Shown: positions 27,286 to 35,578 of the stretch, piece after piece
How the letters are laid out: the number at the start of each line of letters is the position of its first letter
How positions within the stretch are numbered: position 1 is the stretch's first letter
Source: Candidatus Peregrinibacteria bacterium
GTDB taxonomy: Bacteria > Patescibacteriota > Gracilibacteria > Peribacterales > Peribacteraceae
Direction of reading: 5' to 3'
Assembly: GCA_016186175.1 (NCBI GenBank)
Contig: JACPMB010000012.1
Span: 39,243 to 103,242, forward strand
DNA: 64,000 nucleotides
Made by a program: the position numbers and the translations under genes
The notes under the pieces: generated by a model
The model's input: only the letters and a program-made list of their open reading frames with translations
The model's database searches: none
Told to the model about the DNA's origin: nothing

Positions 27286-28407
27286 TCACAAAGTATTGAA
27301 GAATTTCTCGATCGCGCGCACGGCGCGCTCTGCGACTGCGCCTCCGCGGTACGGAGACGGCATGCGGGCGAGTGATTTTCGGAAAACAGGAGACGTCGCT
27401 TTCGTGATCATCTTTAAAATCGCGCGCGGATCGTAATCCGCGAAGACGACATTGGGGCCGCATTCGCGGTTTCGTTGCCTGTTGCCAACGTGCACAAACG
27501 GCGTTTTCATGAATCCGCCCTCCATCAAACCTGAACTCGTATTGCCTATCATGACGGAAGCCTCATTCATCAGTCCGAGGTAATCCGTCCTGCAAACGTG
27601 CCGGTGAACGTGGAAATGCGGCTTTCCGCGCAACTTCTCGATCGCACTGATAAACACGCGGTTTCCATCATCCGAATTCGGATATAAGACGATCTTTTCA
27701 CTCAATGGATCGAGTTTTTTTAGCGCTGTCAGCACGGAATCAATCTGCTTTGCCGCAGGCGCATCATCGAGAATGGCCGGATGCATGACGATCAGAAACC
27801 ACCGCTTTTTTGGATCAAGACGGTACTGCGCGGCAAGCTCCTTCCTGCCGGCGAGAGAGCCGGGATTCACCCCGTCCAGTCCCGGGGCGCCGATAACAGC
27901 GGTATGGCGCCGGTCCGCGCCGAGTTTCAGCACGTTGTCCCTGCTGCGCTGGGTCTGCACCAGGTGCGCGCTCGCGAAAACAGTCATCGCGTTGCGCAGG
28001 TACTGATCCACCGTCGGGCCTGTTACGTCGCCGCCGGCGACATGAATGATCGGAATGCCAAGATGCACGGCGGCAACCGCGGCCGCGAAAGGCTCGTCGC
28101 GATCCCCGACGACGATAAGCGCGTCAACGCGACGCCATGCCATGTATCGGCTTATGCCATCCATCTCCTTCCGCAGCGCGGTCATCTGATCGTCGTTCTC
28201 CCCGACAGGCACGACGCAATCCACATTAACGGCTTTTCTCACTTCGTCCAACGTGCGGCCGAATTTTCTCTGAGTGTGCATGCCTGTGGCGAGCACTTTC
28301 AGGTTCACGCGCGGACTTTTTTTAAGCAGAAGGATCGTGGATCGGAACAGCCCCCATTCCGCCCGGGTGCCGGTGACGAACAACAATGTCTTCCTGCGCG
28401 TAGCCAT
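27286..28407 (-). CDS. neuC: UDP-N-acetylglucosamine (or diacetamido-sugar) 2-epimerase, hydrolysing (NeuC/LegG family)
   Basis: KTLLFVTGTRAEWGL and IIHVAGGDVTG. I start it at MATRRK (28407). The 144-aa extension in the ORF track is discarded. Confidence 0.75.
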   Translation of the reverse strand: MATRRKTLLFVTGTRAEWGLFRSTILLLKKSPRVNLKVLATGMHTQRKFGRTLDEVRKAVNVDCVVPVGENDDQMTALRKEMDGISRYMAWRRVDALIVVGDRDEPFAAAVAAVHLGIPIIHVAGGDVTGPTVDQYLRNAMTVFASAHLVQTQRSRDNVLKLGADRRHTAVIGAPGLDGVNPGSLAGRKELAAQYRLDPKKRWFLIVMHPAILDDAPAAKQIDSVLTALKKLDPLSEKIVLYPNSDDGNRVFISAIEKLRGKPHFHVHRHVCRTDYLGLMNEASVMIGNTSSGLMEGGFMKTPFVHVGNRQRNRECGPNVVFADYDPRAILKMITKATSPVFRKSLARMPSPYRGGAVAERAVRAIEKFFNTL

Positions 28408-28488
28408 ATAAAGATGCGCGAACAATACACCATCTGGCGTGGAAAAGTTCGGCTTGTCATGTCTGTTTGAGCTGCGATACTGACTCCG

Positions 28489-29676
28489 ATGAATTCGCAT
28501 CTTGCAGTACAAACCGCCGCGCCGGAGATCAGTTTTGACAGGTTCCCTCTGTGGCAGGGTGTTTTTGACCGTCCCGGCAATCAGCGTTTCTATCCATTCA
28601 GCATCGGAATGAACGAGCTCGGCTTTATATGCCAGAAATCCGGCGCGGCCGTGCGGAACAAAATCGTCGAGGCATACGGCGCGTCCGATTATTCCATGCC
28701 AACGAAGCCTCCGGGAGCGTCCCGCTGGGCGAACTGGCTCGGCGATCTGTATATCTCTTTCATAGAGGAGCATGTGCCTTCCATGTCGGGGAAAAAAGTG
28801 ATGGAAATCGGCGCCGGAAGTTTTTACCTTGCCGATCATTTTCTTCGCGACGGCGGAGCCGCGGAATACGTAATCGTGGACCCCAGCCTGCGGTCCGAAT
28901 CCGAAGATTCCCGCATCACCGTCATACGCGATTATTTTGATGATCGTCTGGAGCCGCCCGGGCGCGATTCCGATGCGATCATTTCACTCAATTGCCTGGA
29001 GCACGTCTCGGATCCATTTAAATTTTTGATTAAGGCAAACAGCCTGCTGAAAACCGGGGACAGAAGGTTAATTCTGGTATTTCCGGATATAGAAACGCAA
29101 TTCCGGACAGGCGATTACAACGCGCTCTGTTTCGAGCATCTCAATTACTTCAGCGAAGCCTCGGCAAACCGGCTTATCAGAAAGGCCGGATTCTCCATCA
29201 TCGCGTTCAAAAAGGAGCTGGATACTCTCTTCTATATCCTCGAACGCAGCGGGGCGCCGGATATGTCTCCGGTTACGGAAAGAGATGACGATCTTCTGCG
29301 TATCGCGGCGGAAAATTATAAAGACGGATTGCGGACGATTGTCTCCGTTATCCGGGACGCGCAACAAAGCGGCAGAACCGTGGCCATTCACGGAGCATGC
29401 AACGGCATGAATACTCTCTTCGCGCTTGGAGGCATTTCAAGCGATCATATCCTTCTCTTCGACGGAGACGAAACCAAGACCGGAAAATTCATTCCGTCGT
29501 GCGATCTGCCGATCCTGCATGCGTCGTCTGCCCGGTACAAGGAGGCCGATCTGGTCATCGTCGCCGCTGTGACCTTCATTGAACAAATCCGGTCGTTCCT
29601 TGAATCGCATCACGGAATTCCGCCTGAACGGGTTCTTCCGGCGTGCGCCGCCACGGATCGCGAGCAACTCGCCTGA
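28489..29676 (+). CDS. SAM-dependent methyltransferase with C-methyltransferase-like C-terminal domain
   Basis: VMEIGAGSFYLADHF and IISLNCLEHVSDP. The C-terminal Rossmann-like segment VAIHGACNGMNTLFALGG resembles the sugar C-methyltransferase C-domain. Confidence 0.55.
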   Translation: MNSHLAVQTAAPEISFDRFPLWQGVFDRPGNQRFYPFSIGMNELGFICQKSGAAVRNKIVEAYGASDYSMPTKPPGASRWANWLGDLYISFIEEHVPSMSGKKVMEIGAGSFYLADHFLRDGGAAEYVIVDPSLRSESEDSRITVIRDYFDDRLEPPGRDSDAIISLNCLEHVSDPFKFLIKANSLLKTGDRRLILVFPDIETQFRTGDYNALCFEHLNYFSEASANRLIRKAGFSIIAFKKELDTLFYILERSGAPDMSPVTERDDDLLRIAAENYKDGLRTIVSVIRDAQQSGRTVAIHGACNGMNTLFALGGISSDHILLFDGDETKTGKFIPSCDLPILHASSARYKEADLVIVAAVTFIEQIRSFLESHHGIPPERVLPACAATDREQLA

Positions 29677-29744
29677 TTGTGCCGCGCGACACTGTCATAC
29701 GACCGCGCTAAGACCCGGCGGGCGTCATGTGATAGCATTTTCCA

Positions 29745-30875
29745 GTGTCACAGAGCACAATCCCTCTCTCTTCTCCGGATGTCAGCGAGGAGGATATCGC
29801 CGCCGTCACGGCGGTGTTGCGCACGCCGAGACTCTCGCTGGGGCCGAAAATTCCGGAATTCGAACAAGCCGTCGCCGCGTTCACCGGGGTGAAACACGCA
29901 GTGGCTGTCAGCAGCGGCACCGCGGCTTTGCATCTTTGCGTGCGCGCGCTGGGTATTGGCGACGGGGACGAAGTGATCACAACGCCGTTCAGCTTCGTCG
30001 CTTCGGCCAACTGTATGCTTTTCGAGCGGGCCGTGCCGCGGTTTGTGGATATTGAACCAGAAACATTCTGCATAGATCCGGCGAATATCGAGGCGGCGAT
30101 CACGCCGAATACCAAGGCGATTCTCGGCGTTGACGTCTTCGGACAAACAGCTGACTGGAACGAGCTCGAGCGAATCGCGGCGAAGCACCACCTTGCGTTA
30201 ATCGAGGACAGCTGCGAGGCGCTCGGTTCCTCCGTCGGCGGCAGACAGGCGGGCGCCTTCGGCGATTGCGGAACTTTCGCGTTCTATCCCAACAAGCAGA
30301 TGACGACTGGCGAGGGCGGCATGGTCGTCACCGACAGGGACGACATCGCGCTGGCTGCGCGAATGATGCGCAACCAGGGACGCGACCCGGATTCCGCGTG
30401 GCTGGAGCACAAAGTGCTCGGCTACAACTATCGTCTCAGCGACATCGCCGCCGCGCTGGGCATCAGCCAACTCAAACGTTTGCCGCAGTTTATCGAAAAG
30501 CGGGCACGCGTGGTCTCTTGGTATGCCGAAGCGCTCTCTCCGCTGCATGAACATGTGCGGACTCCTCTGTTGCATGACGGAACCGACGTGAGCTGGTTCG
30601 TGTACGTCGTCCGCCTCGCGGATCGTTACTCGGCGTCGGATCGCGACCGATTGATCTCACTTCTTCGCGAGCGGGGGATCGGCTGTAACGCGTACTTTCC
30701 ATGCATTCATCTGCAGCCGTTCTATCAAAAAATTTACGGTCATAAGCGTGTAGAATTTCCCGTTGCGGAATCCGTATCCGACCACACGCTCGCATTGCCG
30801 TTCTTCACTGGTATGACGGAGAAACAAGTGGCAGAGGTTGTGTCCGTCCTCACCGAAGTTCTTGCCGTTCTCTGA
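29745..30875 (+). CDS. DegT/DnrJ/EryC1 aminotransferase (LegC/PglE-like)
   Basis: AFYPNKQMTTGEGGMV (PLP-lysine) and YNYRLSDIAAALGISQLKRL. Confidence 0.8.
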   Translation: MSQSTIPLSSPDVSEEDIAAVTAVLRTPRLSLGPKIPEFEQAVAAFTGVKHAVAVSSGTAALHLCVRALGIGDGDEVITTPFSFVASANCMLFERAVPRFVDIEPETFCIDPANIEAAITPNTKAILGVDVFGQTADWNELERIAAKHHLALIEDSCEALGSSVGGRQAGAFGDCGTFAFYPNKQMTTGEGGMVVTDRDDIALAARMMRNQGRDPDSAWLEHKVLGYNYRLSDIAAALGISQLKRLPQFIEKRARVVSWYAEALSPLHEHVRTPLLHDGTDVSWFVYVVRLADRYSASDRDRLISLLRERGIGCNAYFPCIHLQPFYQKIYGHKRVEFPVAESVSDHTLALPFFTGMTEKQVAEVVSVLTEVLAVL

Positions 30876-30882
30876 TCCAACT

Positions 30883-31602
30883 ATGAAACCCGAAGGAATC
30901 CTCGGCATAATCACGGCTCGCGGAGGTTCCAAGCGGCTGCCAGGGAAGAACATAGCCTCCGTGAACGGCAGGCCACTGCTGGCTTACACCTGTGAGGCGG
31001 CCCTCGGCAGCGCCCTTCTTACGCGAACTGTATTAAGCACGGACGATGAGGCGATCGCCGCGGTTGGCCGGTCGTGCGGCATAGAAGTCCCGTTCCTGCG
31101 GCCCAAAGAACTTGCTCGCGACGACACGCCATCTACGGACGTGATCGCTCATATGCTTTCGGAATTGGAAAAGAAGGAAAAGTATTACCCGACGATTATC
31201 GTCCTGTTGCAGCCGACGTCGCCTCTTAGGACGTCGGAGCACATTGACCGCGGCGTTCGCCTGCTCCGGCAGACCGGCGCGGATTCGGTGGTGAGCGTTG
31301 TTGAGGCTCCGCACGCGCTCACTCCAGGCAAGATCATGCGCGTCGTGGACGGGAAACTGCGGCCCGCTGAGCGCCAGCCCGGACAATCCGCCAGGGCAGG
31401 AAGCCGGGCGGCGGAGACGGAAAAGTTTTACGGATGCAACGGAGCCATTTATGCGTTCAAGACAGCGGTATTCCTACGATCCGGCGGTATTTTCGGAGAT
31501 GACAGCCGAGCGATGATCATGAATCCGGAAGACTCACTGGATATTGACAGCCCTTTTGACCTTCTCCTTGCGGAGAAGCTCTTGCAGGATCGGGCTGCTT
31601 GA
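30883..31602 (+). CDS. neuA: Acylneuraminate/legionaminate cytidylyltransferase (NeuA/LegF family)
   Basis: GIITARGGSKRLPGKNI and LLQPTSPLR. I start it at ATG 30883. Confidence 0.8.
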   Translation: MKPEGILGIITARGGSKRLPGKNIASVNGRPLLAYTCEAALGSALLTRTVLSTDDEAIAAVGRSCGIEVPFLRPKELARDDTPSTDVIAHMLSELEKKEKYYPTIIVLLQPTSPLRTSEHIDRGVRLLRQTGADSVVSVVEAPHALTPGKIMRVVDGKLRPAERQPGQSARAGSRAAETEKFYGCNGAIYAFKTAVFLRSGGIFGDDSRAMIMNPEDSLDIDSPFDLLLAEKLLQDRAA

Positions 31603-32726
31603 GCGAAAGTGTCCAGGTGGCTTCCTATTTCCGTTCCAAGCGCATCCTCGTAACCGGCGCGACCGGTTCCATCGGATCAGAAGTGGTCCGGCAGTTGCTC
31701 GGTCAGCAACCGCAGACAGTCCGGCTTTTTTCGCGCGACGAGCATAAACAGCACTTGTTCCAGCAGGAGCTGGGAGACCGTCCCAGGTTCGACGTGCGGT
31801 ATCTCCTCGGCGACATCCGCGATTATCAGCGGATGCTGAGGGCCATGGAAGGCATGGACTGCGTCTTCCACTGCGCCGCGTACAAGCAGGTGCCGTTTTG
31901 CGAATACAACTCGTTTGAAGCGGTCAAGACGAACGTCATCGGAACGCAAAACGTCATAGACGCGGCAATCGCGCAGGGGGTCGCCAGAGTCCTGCTTATA
32001 AGCACCGACAAGGCGGCGAGCCCGAGCAGTGTGATGGGCGCTACAAAGCTTCTGGCGGAAAAGATCATGACTTCGGCGATGTATACCGCCGGCGGCCATC
32101 CGATCCGATTCGCGAGCGTGAGGTTCGGCAATGTGCTCGGGAGCAGGGGGTCGGTCATTCCCACCTTCCAGGAACAAATCCGCAAGGGCGGCCCGGTGAC
32201 GATAACTCATCCGGATATGGTGCGGTTCTTCATGTCTCTGCCGCAGGCCGTCCGGCTCACGTTCGACGCGATGGAGCAGATGGAAGGAGGAGAACTTTTC
32301 ATTCTCAAAATGCCGGTCGTGCGGCTGGGGGATCTGGCGGATGCAGTCATCGAGGAATTCGCGCCGCTGTACGGGCGTGACCCCGCGGCTATCGAGCGCA
32401 AAATCACCGGCGTCCGTCCCGGAGAGAAAATGCAGGAGGTGCTGATGACGGCGGAGGAAGCGCAATACGCGCGCGAGACGAAGACAATGTTCATCGTTCG
32501 TTCGCCGCTTGCCGTGCCGGGATTCGAAAGCGCCGTCCGCGAGCCCAAGGCTTCCGGAATTGACCGGTACGTCACCGAAAATCTGCCTACGCTGGCCAAG
32601 CAGGAGATCGTCGCATTGGTGCGGGAACTCTCTGGCGCGCACGCCGACGTTGAAACCGCGCCGGCGTCGCGGCACGTGAAGCTACCTCAACCAACACCTT
32701 CTATTACACCGTATGTTGGCGAATAA
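31599..32726 (+). CDS. Nucleotide-sugar 4,6-dehydratase, Polysacc_synt_2 (PglF/CapD-like, soluble form)
   Basis: ILVTGATGSIGSEVV, STDKAASPSSVMGATKLLAEK and GNVLGSRGSVIPTF. A putative TTG start overlaps the neuA stop. Confidence 0.75.
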   Translation: MSESVQVASYFRSKRILVTGATGSIGSEVVRQLLGQQPQTVRLFSRDEHKQHLFQQELGDRPRFDVRYLLGDIRDYQRMLRAMEGMDCVFHCAAYKQVPFCEYNSFEAVKTNVIGTQNVIDAAIAQGVARVLLISTDKAASPSSVMGATKLLAEKIMTSAMYTAGGHPIRFASVRFGNVLGSRGSVIPTFQEQIRKGGPVTITHPDMVRFFMSLPQAVRLTFDAMEQMEGGELFILKMPVVRLGDLADAVIEEFAPLYGRDPAAIERKITGVRPGEKMQEVLMTAEEAQYARETKTMFIVRSPLAVPGFESAVREPKASGIDRYVTENLPTLAKQEIVALVRELSGAHADVETAPASRHVKLPQPTPSITPYVGE

Positions 32727-32746
32727 ATTCGCCTGTTCACCCGCAT

Positions 32747-32841
32747 GGGTAGCCGGCGATTTAAATCGCCGGCTACCAGTTGCGATGAATGCGGAATTTA
32801 TTCCGCATGGCATGTTTGCATGATTTTTCAGAGAAGGTTCC
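32747..32841. repeat. Two-hairpin intergenic repeat, copy B (family 1)
   Basis: GTAGCCGGCGATTTAAATCGCCGGCTAC and ATGCGGAATTTATTCCGCAT; roughly 80 percent identical to copy A by hand alignment. The tail ATTTTTCAGAGAAGGTTCC resembles the terminus of the 169-nt family 2 repeat. Confidence 0.8.
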
Positions 32842-33471
32842 TCAAATCAATTCGACGAAGTTCCTGATGATCCGGAGCCCCCCCTCCCCGCTCTTTTCTG
32901 GATGAAACTGGCATCCGATCATGTTTCCTTTTCCGATTACGGAAGGAAACCGCAGTCCGCCGTAGAGTGTCGTCGCCAGTACGTGCGCAGGGTCGGTCGG
33001 TTGCAAAATGTACGAATGGACAAAGTACATTTCCGCTCCGGAACGCAGTCCTTCGAGCGCCGTTCCTTTCCATTTTCCTGGAGTCGGTTCTTCTATTGCG
33101 TTCCAGCCCATGTGCGGGATTTTTGCGCCGTCTTGCAGTGCAGGGAAGTGCGCGACTTTGCCCGGCAGGAGCCCCAGGCCTTCGTGCTCGCCGAACTCGA
33201 AACCTTTTGCTAGCAGCAATTGTGCGCCGAGGCAGATGCCGAGGATCGGCTTGCCTGCAGCAGCGGCCTGTTTGACTTCTTCGAGGAGCCCGCGCACGCG
33301 CAGACCTTCCATACCGGTCTTGAATGCCCCTTGTCCCGGAAGCACGAGTGCCGAGGCCGCGCGGATTTCCGCCGGATCTTCGCTCAGGACGACGTTATCG
33401 GTGAAGCGCTTAAGTCCCTTAATCGCGCTGTGGATATTTCCCACGCCATAATCAACAACGACAATCTTCAT
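32842..33471 (-). CDS. HisH-like glutamine amidotransferase subunit paralog, copy 2
   Basis: MKIVVVDYGVGNIHS, GICLGAQLL and CQFHPEKS. The start at 33471 makes an ATGA overlap with the hisF-like stop. Confidence 0.8.
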   Translation of the reverse strand: MKIVVVDYGVGNIHSAIKGLKRFTDNVVLSEDPAEIRAASALVLPGQGAFKTGMEGLRVRGLLEEVKQAAAAGKPILGICLGAQLLLAKGFEFGEHEGLGLLPGKVAHFPALQDGAKIPHMGWNAIEEPTPGKWKGTALEGLRSGAEMYFVHSYILQPTDPAHVLATTLYGGLRFPSVIGKGNMIGCQFHPEKSGEGGLRIIRNFVELI

Positions 33472-34265
33472 AAATTTGCTGATGAAGGATGCCCGCCTCC
33501 GTTGCGATCGGAAACCCGGACAGGAATACCCGTATCTTCCAGTTCCTTCTTCAGGTCCCCGATGGTCCATTCGTCGTAATGCAGTATTGACGCCGCGCAC
33601 ACTGCATCCGCCTTTCCTTCGATTATCGCCTGCGCAAGCGATGCGGAATCCTTCGCGCCTCCATGTATCACGACCGGAACTGGGCAGAATGAGGCCACCG
33701 CCGCGAGAAGTTCCATATCGAAGCCTTTTCTGGTTCCGTCAAAATCAACCGAGGTCAGGAGAATTTCGCCGACTCCAAGTTCCAGAGCCTGTTTGATCCA
33801 GGCGATTGCGTCCTTCCCCGAGTGTTCGCGGCCTCCGTCAACGTATGCTTCCCATGAGTCGGCGCCGTCCCTCTTTGCTTCCACAGAAAGTACGATGCAT
33901 TGCGAGCCGAACTGGCGCACCGCCTCCGCCAGAAGTTCCGGTCGCCGGACTGCGAACGTGTTGATGGCGACTTTGTCCGCGCCGGCGCGGAGGAAGTTAT
34001 TGATGTCGTGGAGCGACTGGATGCCGCCGCCCATCGTGAGCGGGATAAAAAGTTCATTAGCAATGGACCGCATCAGATCGAAATCGGGACTTCGTCCGTA
34101 AAGGCTTGCGACGATGTCCATCGCAATCAACTCGTCCGCCCCCTGTTCGTAGTACTTGCGCGCGAGTTCCCGCGGTTCGCCCACGATGCGCAGGCCCTCC
34201 ATATGGATGCCTTTCACAACGTTGGAGCCTTTGATGTCGAGCCGTGGAATGACGCGCGGCTTCAT
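33468..34265 (-). CDS. HisF-like cyclase subunit paralog, copy 2
   Basis: MKPRVIPRLDIKGSNVVKGIHMEG...DELIAMDI...GGGIQS. Confidence 0.8.
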   Translation of the reverse strand: MKPRVIPRLDIKGSNVVKGIHMEGLRIVGEPRELARKYYEQGADELIAMDIVASLYGRSPDFDLMRSIANELFIPLTMGGGIQSLHDINNFLRAGADKVAINTFAVRRPELLAEAVRQFGSQCIVLSVEAKRDGADSWEAYVDGGREHSGKDAIAWIKQALELGVGEILLTSVDFDGTRKGFDMELLAAVASFCPVPVVIHGGAKDSASLAQAIIEGKADAVCAASILHYDEWTIGDLKKELEDTGIPVRVSDRNGGGHPSSANL

Positions 34266-34311
34266 GCGGCCATCTTACACTCCGTATCGCGGCGGAGTAT
34301 TCTTCCTCCCC

Positions 34312-35364
34312 ATGGCCTCTGCATTCGTCTTTCCGGCTGGTTCGGTCTATATCATCGCCGAGGCCGGCATAAATCACGACGGCAAACCGGAAAAAGCCAG
34401 ACGGTTAATCGAAATCGCCGCCGACTCGTGCGCCGACGCAGTCAAGTTCCAGCTTTTTGATCTCGACGAAATCGTGTCTGAACGGACTCCGCTGGCGGAG
34501 TACCAGAAGCGTTCGGGCGAGGGCAGTCAGTACCAAATGCTCAAACGGCTCGCGCTTCCGTTGGAGGAATATCGCGACCTGAAGAAATATGCGGAAGAAC
34601 TCGGCCTCGATTTTATCGTAACTCCATTCGACGCCGGTTCCGCGCGATTTCTCGCGGATCTGGGCGTTAAAGCGATCAAGATTCCATCCGGCGAGATAAC
34701 GAACCTGCCGTTTCTCCGGCAGGTCGCCGCTCTTAATGTCTTCACGATCATTTCCACCGGCATGTCCAATCTCGACGAGGTGAAGGAAGCAGCCGTTCCC
34801 TTCAAGAAAGCTCAGACGTCCTACGCGTTACTTCATTGCGTCAGTTCCTATCCAGCGCCGGTGAATCAGATAAATCTGCGGGCTATGAAGACTCTGGAGG
34901 AGGCATTTAATGTTCCAGTGGGGTATTCGGATCACACTGAGGGCATCGGGGTTTCCGTGACCGCGGCGGCGCTCGGAGCGCGCATCATCGAAAAGCATTT
35001 CACCGTCAGAAAAAAAGATCCAGGGCCGGATCATGCGGCGTCGCTTGAGCCGGACGAACTGAAGGAAATGGTGCGGATCATCAAGAACCGCGACGCGCTG
35101 CGACATGCCGTCATTGTCCAGGAATCGCTCGGGACCGGGGAGAAGACGTGCCAGCCATGCGAGATAAATACGCGGGACGTCGCCCGCCGGAGTCTTGTTC
35201 TCGCGCGCGATGCGCAAGCAGGAGAAAGAATCACTGGCGACATGATCGCCATCAAGCGTCCCGGAACCGGAATCGCGCCAAAGGAGTTCGGCAACATACT
35301 GGGGAAAACGCTCGCGCGGACGCTGCCGGCGGAATCGGTTCTAACATGGGCGTGTGTCAGATAA
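34312..35364 (+). CDS. neuB: N-acetylneuraminate/legionaminate synthase (NeuB/LegI family) with SAF domain
   Basis: VYIIAEAGINHDGKPEKARRLIEIAADSCADAVKFQLF and the C-terminal IKRPGTGIAP. I start it at MASAFV (34312). Confidence 0.8.
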   Translation: MASAFVFPAGSVYIIAEAGINHDGKPEKARRLIEIAADSCADAVKFQLFDLDEIVSERTPLAEYQKRSGEGSQYQMLKRLALPLEEYRDLKKYAEELGLDFIVTPFDAGSARFLADLGVKAIKIPSGEITNLPFLRQVAALNVFTIISTGMSNLDEVKEAAVPFKKAQTSYALLHCVSSYPAPVNQINLRAMKTLEEAFNVPVGYSDHTEGIGVSVTAAALGARIIEKHFTVRKKDPGPDHAASLEPDELKEMVRIIKNRDALRHAVIVQESLGTGEKTCQPCEINTRDVARRSLVLARDAQAGERITGDMIAIKRPGTGIAPKEFGNILGKTLARTLPAESVLTWACVR

Positions 35365-35390
35365 TCCTAGTCTGCAGCAACGCAATCTAC

Positions 35391-35559
35391 TGGAACCTCT
35401 GCAAAATGATACGCATCACCAAAACATCACGATGGTAAGGAACCTCTCAAAAATCGCCTCATGCGAGGAAGCAAGCCAAAATTTCGCGAGGCGTATCGGC
35501 ATACGTTGAGCGAAATTTTGGCGCCGCTGACGAAGCAGGAGGCATTTTTCAGAGGTTTC
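35391..35559 (+). repeat. 169-nt structured MITE-like repeat, left copy (family 2)
   Basis: It is the reverse complement of 42307..42475 with about 6 mismatches. It has 17-nt terminal inverted repeats (GGAACCTCTGCAAAATG / CATTTTTCAGAGGTTTC), an extra internal terminus copy at 35439, and a perfect 13-bp inner stem (35475..35487 with 35510..35522). Confidence 0.85.
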
Positions 35560-35578
35560 TACTGTATGATTCTTCTGG

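Noticed and set aside
35391-35559. Integron attC sites flanking a gene cassette.
   Set aside because: The termini (GGAACCTCT.../...AGAGGTTCC) do not fit the GTTRRRY core. The enclosed block holds six genes on both strands, and no intI-type integrase is present.
35388-35562. Target-site duplication flanking the 169-nt element.
   Set aside because: The left copy is flanked by TAC on both sides, but the right copy has no matching flank (AAA vs TAT). The evidence is insufficient.
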